Source: a virus. Taken from it: DNA of 64,000 nt. The position numbers and the translations under genes were made by a program. Where the stretch lies: positions 6,139 to 70,138 of the IMG/VR virus record IMGVR_UViG_3300037486_000321. The stretch is one strand, 5' to 3'. Shown piece after piece: positions 48,908-57,136 of this stretch; the stretch's first letter is position 1, and every line of letters starts with the position of its first letter. A model generated the notes under the pieces. It was not told the DNA's origin. It saw nothing but the letters and a program-made list of their open reading frames with translations, and searched no databases.

Positions 48908-49267
48908 TTATTTTATTTCAGATATGATTTCATGAATTGTATCTTCTGATAATCCTTTGAAAGTTAATTCTTCACTCAATTCCTTTTTATATTTTAAAAG
49001 GGATGCTCTATCACCATGTTTGGCTTTTTTTAACTTCCATTGTAATAAACAATCCTGTTTAATTTCATTAAGTAACTGTTCAATTATTTCCCCCATTTCC
49101 TCCTGTTTATGTATCCAATCATCCAGTAATTCACCTATAAGTTTGGATTTAGTTACTTTTTTAGCCATAGAATACAAGGTTAAATAATTACTAACACGTG
49201 AGGGCAAAGAAGCCCCCACGTGTGTAAAATTAACCCTACGATCCTTTCTTATTCCTAGTATTTTCAT
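48908..49267 (-). CDS. Hypothetical protein (possible ribbon-helix-helix DNA binder)
   Basis: 119-aa ORF in the operon. Confidence 0.5.
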   Translation of the reverse strand: MKILGIRKDRRVNFTHVGASLPSRVSNYLTLYSMAKKVTKSKLIGELLDDWIHKQEEMGEIIEQLLNEIKQDCLLQWKLKKAKHGDRASLLKYKKELSEELTFKGLSEDTIHEIISEIK

Positions 49268-50397
49268 GATTTTTCTTTTTCCTCAATACAATCATCCCAT
49301 GATTTACATGAAGCACATTCATCATATTCATCAGTGTCTACCCCAAATTTATGTCCATGAGGACATTTCTCCTTACCTGATTTAACAGTTTCTGTTTTAT
49401 GAGCTCGGTGCACTTTTGAAGCAGGTTTTTCTTCTTCCTCCTCTTCTTCTACTTCATCATCACTCTTCACTGAACCTTTTGGTGGTTTTGGTTTCCGCAT
49501 AGGTTTTTCCTCTTCTTCCTCCTCCTCTTCTTCTTCTGTTTCTTTTCTTTTTGAATGGGGTTTCTCCTTTGTGTATTTAGTCCTTCTGTGGGTTTTTTCC
49601 TCTTCATCCGTATCATCTTCATCCTTTAATTTTCCTCCATCCTCTTCCTCACCCTCAATTTCAAAGAATTTTGCTTCAATCTCCTTATAGGACATTACAT
49701 TCAGCATATTGTCCAGATTGGGAACAACCTCCAGAATTGCTTCATCATATTGTTCATCCCTCTCCACAAAGTCAATACGACTGGCTTCAGCAAATGGTTT
49801 ACTGCCTCCAATGGTACTTGAGTCAAATCGTACTTTTACTGTTTTACCTTCTTCCAAATCTGGAAATATCCCATTAGCTTGATTTTCCTTGAGTTCTTCA
49901 TTCAGTAATTCCTGAAACAAGAATTGACTAATATCAAAGATATGAGGCTTATCCTCAAACTTTTTATTGTCAATGGGAATAACTACATAGAGATTTCTCA
50001 GGGAAGCCTTTAATGCTTTAAGTTCGTCCTTATCAGCATCACCTTCTTTAATCCGTTTAGCCCGGTGCTCACATATAGGACAGGGTTTTTTAAATGATGT
50101 AGGACAAACCACCATATCATTATCTACCCCTACATTCCTATGAACTTTGTAAGGACGCTTATACCAGAGTGATCCAAGTATTGCAATTCCATCTTCAGCA
50201 TCCAAATCAGGGTGCTTTGGATCAGTTACCACATAGGGCATAAAATCCAACAGGACGTTTTTACTACCTGGTTCAGGAGTAAATACACTCACCCCTTTTG
50301 GTAGTGACAGATAACCATAGGATGAAGCAGCTTTTTGCTGACGTTCTGCATCCTTGTTTACTTTTCCTAAAAAACTACTTTTCTTTTTCAGTGCCAT
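49264..50397 (-). CDS. Single-stranded DNA-binding protein (T4 gp32-like) with acidic tail and terminal Cys cluster
   Basis: VHRNVG..VCP...KPCPICE motif; long acidic tract; context with RecA and UvsY. Confidence 0.75.
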   Translation of the reverse strand: MALKKKSSFLGKVNKDAERQQKAASSYGYLSLPKGVSVFTPEPGSKNVLLDFMPYVVTDPKHPDLDAEDGIAILGSLWYKRPYKVHRNVGVDNDMVVCPTSFKKPCPICEHRAKRIKEGDADKDELKALKASLRNLYVVIPIDNKKFEDKPHIFDISQFLFQELLNEELKENQANGIFPDLEEGKTVKVRFDSSTIGGSKPFAEASRIDFVERDEQYDEAILEVVPNLDNMLNVMSYKEIEAKFFEIEGEEEDGGKLKDEDDTDEEEKTHRRTKYTKEKPHSKRKETEEEEEEEEEEKPMRKPKPPKGSVKSDDEVEEEEEEEKPASKVHRAHKTETVKSGKEKCPHGHKFGVDTDEYDECASCKSWDDCIEEKEKS

Positions 50398-50557
50398 TTT
50401 CTTTTTGTTTTAAGTTATTAAATTTATTTCCAAGGTGTATGTCCAGTTCTCGTAGCCACCCTTTCATTTGCCATCGGCTACTAGAATAGAGGAACCAAAT
50501 CCAAATTGAGATGGTTGTAAGTCCTCCTAATATGTATAAGATTATTTTCCACCACAT
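50375..50557 (-). CDS. Small membrane protein
   Basis: 60 aa, single TM. Confidence 0.5.
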   Translation of the reverse strand: MWWKIILYILGGLTTISIWIWFLYSSSRWQMKGWLRELDIHLGNKFNNLKQKENGTEKEK

Positions 50558-50558
50558 G

Positions 50559-51044
50559 TTATTTAGTTTTACGTGTCATTGATCCTACTACAGAATTTGC
50601 TTTTTTCTGGTTATGTTTTTGTTGTGCTTCAAAGGATAAATCCCTTGGCATCTTTGGACCAGCAAAGTATTGCTGTCCATGTAGGCGTACCAGGTTTTCC
50701 AGAGCATCCTTTCGAGCATCCACTGCTTTTACTGCACCATATGCTATGTCATTTTCATATTTGGCTTCTATAAGAGTATTACTTGCCTTCTGATAATCTT
50801 TATGACTAATAATGACAGCGGTAACTACGGCTTCTGTAATCTTATCAATACTATATCTGTCAGGATTACTTCTAACCGCCTTATCCAGTTCAGCTCTGAC
50901 AAGTTCCAATTTTTCTTTAGCCTTGTCCAGTTCCATACGAGTGCTTGCAGAAATCTGAGCATACTTCATCATTAGGGAAGGTTGATCCAACCACTCTACA
51001 TCAAGAGCAGTTTCATCAATTCTCATGTCTTGTTCGTAGTTCAT
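50559..51044 (-). CDS. UvsY-like recombination mediator
   Basis: IDETALDVEW..QP, KITEA.V and RKDALENLV motifs; helical. Confidence 0.65.
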   Translation of the reverse strand: MNYEQDMRIDETALDVEWLDQPSLMMKYAQISASTRMELDKAKEKLELVRAELDKAVRSNPDRYSIDKITEAVVTAVIISHKDYQKASNTLIEAKYENDIAYGAVKAVDARKDALENLVRLHGQQYFAGPKMPRDLSFEAQQKHNQKKANSVVGSMTRKTK

Positions 51045-51046
51045 AA

Positions 51047-51301
51047 TTATTCTTTTTTGGGTTTGTAGTTATTGGATAATTCTATATTGGTTATACTCCC
51101 TAATAGTTTTAAGGCTTCATCAGTATCACTTATTACTTTATTTATCACTTTTGCCTGTTCTTCTGCAGCAAGTATTTTTTCTTCTAACCAATGGACATAT
51201 TCAAATAAATCATCTGCATTAGCCATGTCCCTGTATTCTATACCATAGATAGACTTTCCAGTATCTTTTAGGTACAGCATTTTTAAATCTCTGTTTGTCA
51301 T
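51047..51301 (-). CDS. Hypothetical protein
   Basis: 84 aa; Y.KDTG and YVHWLEEK. Confidence 0.6.
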   Translation of the reverse strand: MTNRDLKMLYLKDTGKSIYGIEYRDMANADDLFEYVHWLEEKILAAEEQAKVINKVISDTDEALKLLGSITNIELSNNYKPKKE

Positions 51302-51319
51302 AGTTTTTATGTTTTAAAA

Positions 51320-51652
51320 GAAATAGTGTCGGGGGTGTGGTCAGTCGGGCTTATAGTAATCTGAAATCGGAAGTCAACACAATCGTCAATTCGGTCATTC
51401 GGTATTAATGGTTATCACAGTCGGAGTTCCTTCCCAATTATTTAATGACTACATGGGCAGTCTGCTTTTTCTAAGTCTATTGCTCTACCAGTTGAGCTAC
51501 CAGTAGGTTGTACTGGATGGGACTCGAACCCATTACCCATAGATCCATTTAGCATAGGTTTGGCTGATAGCCAAGTATAATTGCAACGATCAACCGGTTT
51601 GATCTACCGTTTAAGGCACGGTGCCAACCTTCACCCCCACGCCCACTATTTC
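51320..51652 (-). ncRNA. Putative ~330-nt structured ncRNA with a closing stem, several hairpins and a permuted tRNA-like domain
   Basis: ORF-free, GC-richer gap. Ends pair: GAAATAGTG/CACTATTTC, GGGGGTG/CACCCCC, GGTTGG/CTGACC. Internal hairpins at 51560-51574, 51588-51604 and 51606-51622. Confidence 0.8.
51476..51543 (-). ncRNA. Circularly permuted tRNA-like domain (not a canonical tRNA gene)
   Basis: Minus strand order: TCTAT, GGGTA, T-arm ATGGG-TTCGAGT-CCCAT, CCAGTA-CAACC-TACTGG (acceptor closed by a loop), TA, D-arm GCTC-AACTGGTA-GAGC, A, ATAGA. Confidence 0.85.
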
Positions 51653-51660
51653 AAAGAACT
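51648..51660 (-). promoter_or_regulatory. boxA-like antitermination motif at the 5' end of the ncRNA
   Basis: AGTTCTTTGAAAT resembles the GTTCTTTGAAA boxA of stable-RNA operons. Confidence 0.45.
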
Positions 51661-51670
51661 TAATTATTCC

Positions 51671-52012
51671 TTATTTAAACTTTAGCAAAGTTTTAAGATC
51701 ATTGGAAGCAGGAATCAGTTCATCTTCCCTATACTTCTTCCAACCAATATCATTCAAATCCTTCCCTGTCCCATGAGCAATTATGTATTCAGGTGATTTC
51801 TTTTCTGAATCCTTTGACCTATGCTTATTATAAAGATGGTTTACATCTTTAGCAAAAACTGGTCTGCAAAAATAATTGGTTTGGACTCCAGCATTACATA
51901 TCTGGACAATGATTTCCATTACTACAAATCCAGATAATGAACCTTCCTCAGGATGTTCAAATTTGTATTGGATGATATCTCCAATATCAAACTGGGTTTT
52001 AAGATTTTTCAT
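51671..52012 (-). CDS. Hypothetical protein
   Basis: 113 aa; TQFDIGDII SH3/KOW-like start. Confidence 0.6.
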   Translation of the reverse strand: MKNLKTQFDIGDIIQYKFEHPEEGSLSGFVVMEIIVQICNAGVQTNYFCRPVFAKDVNHLYNKHRSKDSEKKSPEYIIAHGTGKDLNDIGWKKYREDELIPASNDLKTLLKFK

Positions 52013-52016
52013 AATC

Positions 52017-52325
52017 CTATTCCTTTACAGGTTCCACATAATCCTTCATAACATCATTCCCTACCTCAATTTCAGTAGTCCAGTTTGCCTGTTGAATGGC
52101 AGCATCAACCAAACGCAGTTGTTTGGCATACCAATCAAACCCCGCTGCTACCTGTGCAAGGGTAATCTTTGGGACTTTCACCACCACATCATCCACATTC
52201 TCGGTGACATTCCGGCGAGTGGCCTTGACTTCAAAAAGCCCCTCAACATTGATTTTCTTGAGCTGATCTACTTTTTCATTCAGCTCTTTCCTTCTGAGTA
52301 AAGCCTCCGCTAATTTGATCTTCAT
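52017..52325 (-). CDS. DIP1984/DUF6847-like coiled-coil protein (short form)
   Basis: KLAEALLRRKEL at the N-terminus and LVDAAIQQANWTTE at the C-terminus match the family termini. Confidence 0.75.
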   Translation of the reverse strand: MKIKLAEALLRRKELNEKVDQLKKINVEGLFEVKATRRNVTENVDDVVVKVPKITLAQVAAGFDWYAKQLRLVDAAIQQANWTTEIEVGNDVMKDYVEPVKE

Positions 52326-52356
52326 GATTAAAGAATTAAAGGTTAAACATAAATAA

Positions 52357-53277
52357 TTATATATTATTTTTAGTTACGGCATAACAAGCATACACCAGTT
52401 GTGGAAATCCACTATCATAGAAAGGAGTAACAAAAGCCTCTAAAATTGCTCCACACACAGGTTCATCCTTTCCATTGGTTAAGACAGCTGAACAATACCC
52501 TAACACTGCCCTACGCACCCCCTCTACATCCTGATCTTTCAGTCCAACCAGAATCCCAGATATTTGTTTCCAAGAAGCATTTTTAAGCAAGGCTCTACAA
52601 AGTTCTATGGATTGTACCACTTCAGCTTCTGCTTTCTTGGCCATAGTCATTCTGTTCTCCATAGGTACAGTAAGCACCTGTTCCAGTATTTGCAAGGCAT
52701 TACGTGGTAATCCACGGGCACTGGTTACTATCTGATTATAGATTTCATCAGTTAATTCCTCCCCTTCTTTCCTAGCTATATATCTCAGAAGTCCTTTCAT
52801 CTGAGGATCACTCAATGGAAGCAACTGAAACTGTTGACACCTTCCCTTTATTGTACCTATAAGTTTTTGAGGCTCTGTGGTACAAAGAATGAAGTATACG
52901 TGTGGTGGAGTATCTTCCAGTATTTTTAATAGAGCGTTCTGAGCATCATTTGTCATCTTGTGACACTCATCTATCAACCAAAGTCTCCTGTCTCCCTCAA
53001 GAGCTTTAAACCCACTGTTTTTACGAATATCTCTTATGGTGTCAATCCCTCGGAAGTCTGCTGAGTCAACTTCTATGAAATCACTGCCTTTGCATCCAAG
53101 TCTGGATGCAATAATACGACCTATTGTGGTTTTACCACAGCCAGTCATTCCATACAATAGAAAAACATGAGGGCAGGTTTCTGTGTGACTCAGCATACCT
53201 TCCAAGGTTGACAATACATCTGTATTACCTTTAACCTGAGATAAAGTAGAGGGACGATATTTTAGGTATAAGCTCAT
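52357..53277 (-). CDS. Clamp loader AAA+ (DNA Pol III gamma/tau-like)
   Basis: LYLKYRP, GMTGCGKTT, IDECH, AQNALLKILE and GRC motifs. Confidence 0.9.
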   Translation of the reverse strand: MSLYLKYRPSTLSQVKGNTDVLSTLEGMLSHTETCPHVFLLYGMTGCGKTTIGRIIASRLGCKGSDFIEVDSADFRGIDTIRDIRKNSGFKALEGDRRLWLIDECHKMTNDAQNALLKILEDTPPHVYFILCTTEPQKLIGTIKGRCQQFQLLPLSDPQMKGLLRYIARKEGEELTDEIYNQIVTSARGLPRNALQILEQVLTVPMENRMTMAKKAEAEVVQSIELCRALLKNASWKQISGILVGLKDQDVEGVRRAVLGYCSAVLTNGKDEPVCGAILEAFVTPFYDSGFPQLVYACYAVTKNNI

Positions 53278-53570
53278 TTTTCAATGTATTCTTTTAATAT
53301 ACTATCTCTTGCAATCTTCATCATTTGATTATGCAAATCAACTAAATCCTTTTCAGATGAAGTAAATGGTAATTTATCTTTTAATTTTTCATATTCTTTA
53401 AGAAGGTATTCTTTTAATTGAATTTCAGTAAGATCCATTGCTTTTTTGAGCATTTCATAATTAGCAATTACAAGCAGATTTGCAGTTAGACACTTCATAT
53501 AGTAATCATAGAAATTATCTGCCAAATCAGTGGCAGCTAAATATTGGTGTAACATCTTTTTGAAATCCAT
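53274..53570 (-). CDS. Hypothetical protein
   Basis: 98 aa downstream of the promoter motif. Confidence 0.6.
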   Translation of the reverse strand: MDFKKMLHQYLAATDLADNFYDYYMKCLTANLLVIANYEMLKKAMDLTEIQLKEYLLKEYEKLKDKLPFTSSEKDLVDLHNQMMKIARDSILKEYIEK

Positions 53571-53604
53571 AGTCTTTTATAATTTATTTTCATATGTTGT
53601 TATA

Positions 53605-53635
53605 TACTATTATACAATTTATAATTTATTTTTTC
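53605..53635 (-). promoter_or_regulatory. Putative promoter (GAAAAAA...AATTGTATAATAGTA), copy 1
   Basis: 15-bp core identical to 61604-61618; intergenic; contains TATAAT. Confidence 0.65.
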
Positions 53636-53645
53636 TGCGGAATTA

Positions 53646-55031
53646 TTAAATTTTTTTCTTATCCACCCAACTTCCATCTACAGGACACACCTCTATATCC
53701 ACATCTAATGGCACTATGATCCATTTCCAAGCTTCAGGTAATTTCTGACAAGTAATTCTTTTTATCAATGATATTGTAGTGTTTAATTCTGATGGTTCCA
53801 CATCCAATAACATTGAGTCATGAATTTGCCCAATTAATCTGGTGTCCATATGTAAAGCTTGAAGATGTTTATTAACTTCAATAAAACTCCATAGTAAACA
53901 ATGAAATGCCGCACCTTGAATTGGGTAATTACACACCTGTTTACTATCCATCACCCCTCCACACCTGAATCCAGTAAGTAAATCTATATATCCATATTTT
54001 TTATAAATAGAATACCAACGGTCTTTCCAATCTGAGTAATCTGAAAATCTTTTTTTCCAGAAATCTCTTTCTATTTTCTCAATATGTTTTTCAAAAGCAG
54101 TTAATGACTTAATTCCTTTGCTGATAAGATGATCAGAAAGAGTTCCTTCAGGCATTGGTATTCCTTCTCCTTCCTTCCACCTATTTATAGATAATTTTCC
54201 CCACAGACATGCCATACTATAAGCACAGTTTTTATAGTAATCCCCATAGAATTCTGGGAATACAAATCCATTCTTAGCTGCTTGCCGTAAAGTGGTATGT
54301 GATGGCTCTCCTTTGTCATATGTATCAAGCATAAATATTTGCTTTGCCATATCTCTGTGCATATCAGAAGTGGGATCATTAATATACTTTAGCATAGTTG
54401 GATCTTTGTGATAACATGCCCCTATACGTACTTCTAATCCACTATAATCAACTTCCAAAAGTTGATGTCCAGGACGGGGGTATAATGCTCTGCGTACAAT
54501 TTTCATTGCTTCTTCATCCCTCTTAGGAATATTCTGGAAATTAGGGTGGTCAGAACTGGAGCGAAAGGTTTGCACAAGATGAAGATTAAAAAAAGGATGA
54601 ATGTACCCATTGACTTGTTCCCTAATGAATGCTTCAAGGTAGGTATCTCTTATTTTCTTTAATTTACGGATTTCCAGCAAGGTATGTAACTCTGGAATGT
54701 CTATTCTTTTTAAAGTTTCATCATCAGTAGCTCCCTGTCCTGAGGCAGTTTCTTTTTCAATTTTTATTTTCTTTATCTTATATAGAAATATGGATAACTG
54801 AGTATTGGAATTGATATTGACAGATTTTCCCATAGCATATTCCCAATGTTTAAAGAACTTGGTTTGTTTAAATTGTTTTTCCAAGGAATCTATTCTATGG
54901 GTAAGTTGAAATTTTTTATTATTTACATAATCCGTATCTATCCGCATCCCTGCTTGTTCAGCATGAGATAGGGCTAAAATCCCATTATGTAGTAATTGGT
55001 AAGCCTCATATGTTTTAGCTTTCACAATCAT
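53646..55031 (-). CDS. Family A DNA polymerase, polymerase domain only
   Basis: RSSSDHPNFQNIP, motif A DYSGLEVR, motif B RQAAKNGFVFPEFYG, motif C QIHDS. Confidence 0.95.
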   Translation of the reverse strand: MIVKAKTYEAYQLLHNGILALSHAEQAGMRIDTDYVNNKKFQLTHRIDSLEKQFKQTKFFKHWEYAMGKSVNINSNTQLSIFLYKIKKIKIEKETASGQGATDDETLKRIDIPELHTLLEIRKLKKIRDTYLEAFIREQVNGYIHPFFNLHLVQTFRSSSDHPNFQNIPKRDEEAMKIVRRALYPRPGHQLLEVDYSGLEVRIGACYHKDPTMLKYINDPTSDMHRDMAKQIFMLDTYDKGEPSHTTLRQAAKNGFVFPEFYGDYYKNCAYSMACLWGKLSINRWKEGEGIPMPEGTLSDHLISKGIKSLTAFEKHIEKIERDFWKKRFSDYSDWKDRWYSIYKKYGYIDLLTGFRCGGVMDSKQVCNYPIQGAAFHCLLWSFIEVNKHLQALHMDTRLIGQIHDSMLLDVEPSELNTTISLIKRITCQKLPEAWKWIIVPLDVDIEVCPVDGSWVDKKKI

Positions 55032-55908
55032 TTTGTATATCTTTTAAATCTTTCAATATCATTCCGTAATTATTTACTCCTTTGTGGATAACTACACCTG
55101 ATTTCCTTATCAATTTATTGTGTTTAAAAGGTCTGTAATCTACTTGATGTTGCCAACGTCCCCACTTCCATGTTATATCTGTCAGCTTAGGATGACGTTC
55201 TTTCAGAGTTTGTGCCATTTTCAATCTCCCATTCTCTATCAGATACAATTCTTCAGTATTCCCTCCCTTTACTGTCATAGTAGTGCTTTTCTCCTGTAGA
55301 AAAGCATAAAATAATATAGTACACCATCTATCTTTTAAAACTCTTATACTGAGGTCTGTGTCTTCATTGTACCGTCCTCTCCAATGATAAGGTATTTTGT
55401 TCAGTATTAGTATACAGGAATAAATGCGGGTATTCAGTACAAATGCTGGGTAATACTGCCTTCTCAGAGCAAAAAAATCATATTGAAATCCAGCTAATGC
55501 TACATTTTCATACCGATCCACAAAGTCTTCCGCAGCTCTAAATATATTTCCTGATGTTACATGGGAATGTAGGTTATTATTTAACCTCAGAAATCCAGAT
55601 ATATTATCATCTAATACCCAATGCCGTTTTGATCCTAAAGTCATAGAATGATCCCAACAGAAATTTCTTGCGGGACCTGAACCTTTGCTTTTACTATTTC
55701 CAAGATTATCACATACATCATACTCATCCTGATACTTTTTAGGTAAAACTAATATCTTGTTAGGGGGTATTACTGCGGCATATTTTTTGTATTCCTGCTC
55801 CTCTACCACTATGTGATAAGGTACTTTCATGCTTTCAAAACATTTACTTGTCAACCGTGATTCCCAACGTCCCTTGGATACTACGTATACTGGGTATTTT
55901 GGATTCAT
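55015..55908 (-). CDS. TAGT/GREB1-like (base J-type) DNA glycosyltransferase
   Basis: YPVYVVSKGR, GPARN..W, WVLDDNI, IYSCIL, WRGRYNEDTDL and GGNT motifs. Confidence 0.75.
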   Translation of the reverse strand: MNPKYPVYVVSKGRWESRLTSKCFESMKVPYHIVVEEQEYKKYAAVIPPNKILVLPKKYQDEYDVCDNLGNSKSKGSGPARNFCWDHSMTLGSKRHWVLDDNISGFLRLNNNLHSHVTSGNIFRAAEDFVDRYENVALAGFQYDFFALRRQYYPAFVLNTRIYSCILILNKIPYHWRGRYNEDTDLSIRVLKDRWCTILFYAFLQEKSTTMTVKGGNTEELYLIENGRLKMAQTLKERHPKLTDITWKWGRWQHQVDYRPFKHNKLIRKSGVVIHKGVNNYGMILKDLKDIQNDCES

Positions 55909-56863
55909 ATGGAGGCATTTTTACAAATTTTTCACCATCATAGTATTTACCTACTTGCTCATCAGTCCAATGTTTAAAATCACAACGGGAGAATGTTATA
56001 CAACAACGAGAACAGTATGAAGTATCTGCTCTATTTTTCAACCGCAACCTTCTTCGTATAGTTTGTAATTCTTTACCAAACCAATATTTTAAAAATCCAT
56101 TAATTCCCCCCTCATTTACTGAGCCAAACACTCCTGCAGTTTCTCCCCAATTATCTTGACAACAAAGTAGATAACTTCCAGATACATGAACTGGAACATA
56201 AAGAAATGGTTGATTGCAACGTCTTGTTAATGGCTTTGTGACAGGGTATAATCCATATTTACGAGCTTTACCCCAATTCAAATGATTATACCAAGTACCT
56301 AATAATCCAGCATGATAGCGTGATTTTGGCCAATTATCTGGCTGTTCTTGTAATACTATCATTTTTATATCTGGTCCCCAGTAAGTCCACGGGCTTTTTT
56401 TCTTCTCTTTGTTATCATAATACTCATACCATTCATATCCTGACTCTTTTGCTAGTTTAATGTGCAATTCCTTTGGGGCATACATATCTACATAGAGAAT
56501 GTTTACTCCTGCCTCAAACAATTCCTTATAAGTTAGTTTTCCATTAGAGATCATAGTACCATTTGTAGTAATCTGAATTTGCCCAAGTGGATTTATTTTA
56601 CGGGCAATTGATAAAAATTCAAGCAAATCAGGATGTAAAGTTGGTTCTCCTGAGATACATAAATCAATCCTGCAAGTGGGAGATATTTCCTTTAAAATAT
56701 TAAAACAGTTTATCCAAGTTTTCTTTGACATAAAGGATATATCATTAGGTGCATCTAATGCATGAGAGCAGTGACCACAACGCAAATTACAACCATGTAC
56801 GGGTTCAATTGCCCAAACCCATGGAGTTAATTCATTTAGTGGTTTTATCCTTTTTATCTTCAT
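55844..56863 (-). CDS. Radical SAM enzyme with SPASM/twitch-like C-terminus
   Basis: CNLRCGHC, SGEPTLHP, ITTNG, then CNQPF..LCCQD..CSRC. Confidence 0.9.
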   Translation of the reverse strand: MKIKRIKPLNELTPWVWAIEPVHGCNLRCGHCSHALDAPNDISFMSKKTWINCFNILKEISPTCRIDLCISGEPTLHPDLLEFLSIARKINPLGQIQITTNGTMISNGKLTYKELFEAGVNILYVDMYAPKELHIKLAKESGYEWYEYYDNKEKKKSPWTYWGPDIKMIVLQEQPDNWPKSRYHAGLLGTWYNHLNWGKARKYGLYPVTKPLTRRCNQPFLYVPVHVSGSYLLCCQDNWGETAGVFGSVNEGGINGFLKYWFGKELQTIRRRLRLKNRADTSYCSRCCITFSRCDFKHWTDEQVGKYYDGEKFVKMPPYESKIPSIRSIQGTLGITVDK

Positions 56864-57134
56864 TTTTTATTACATCTACATAATCTACATATACTTTATT
56901 TCTGCGTACAATCTGTACTTTTGGGTACCATATAAACTTTGCCCTTTTACTTATTGTTTGGCTCATCAATTTTGCAAACCTCCGCACTCCTTCTTCATCA
57001 CGAAAATGTACCAGAATAGAACGGTAAGGAGTCAGGTCTTTCTGACTGAATTCAGGCATTCCCTGCCATTCCTTTCTCCATGACTTGAAATTTTCCAAAT
57101 CCCCAAACAAAGTTTCTTTAGGTTCTTTTGCCAT
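56832..57134 (-). CDS. Small conserved protein associated with phage DNA-modification loci
   Basis: EWQGMPEF.Q, I.VHF and IWYP motifs; coupled to the radical SAM gene. Confidence 0.6.
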   Translation of the reverse strand: MAKEPKETLFGDLENFKSWRKEWQGMPEFSQKDLTPYRSILVHFRDEEGVRRFAKLMSQTISKRAKFIWYPKVQIVRRNKVYVDYVDVIKNEDKKDKTTK

Positions 57135-57136
57135 GA

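Noticed and set aside
51476-51543. Canonical tRNA gene or attachment-site tRNA fragment
   Set aside because: The halves are in reversed order, there is no continuous anticodon loop or 3' CCA, and no integrase is nearby.
51320-51652. Two-piece (permuted) tmRNA
   Set aside because: It has a full D-stem and anticodon stem, lacks the G3-U70 alanine identity, and I found no tag reading frame.
55015-57134. Group I intron or intein interrupting the polymerase
   Set aside because: The insert is fully occupied by three coupled enzyme-like genes, and both polymerase parts have their own start and stop.
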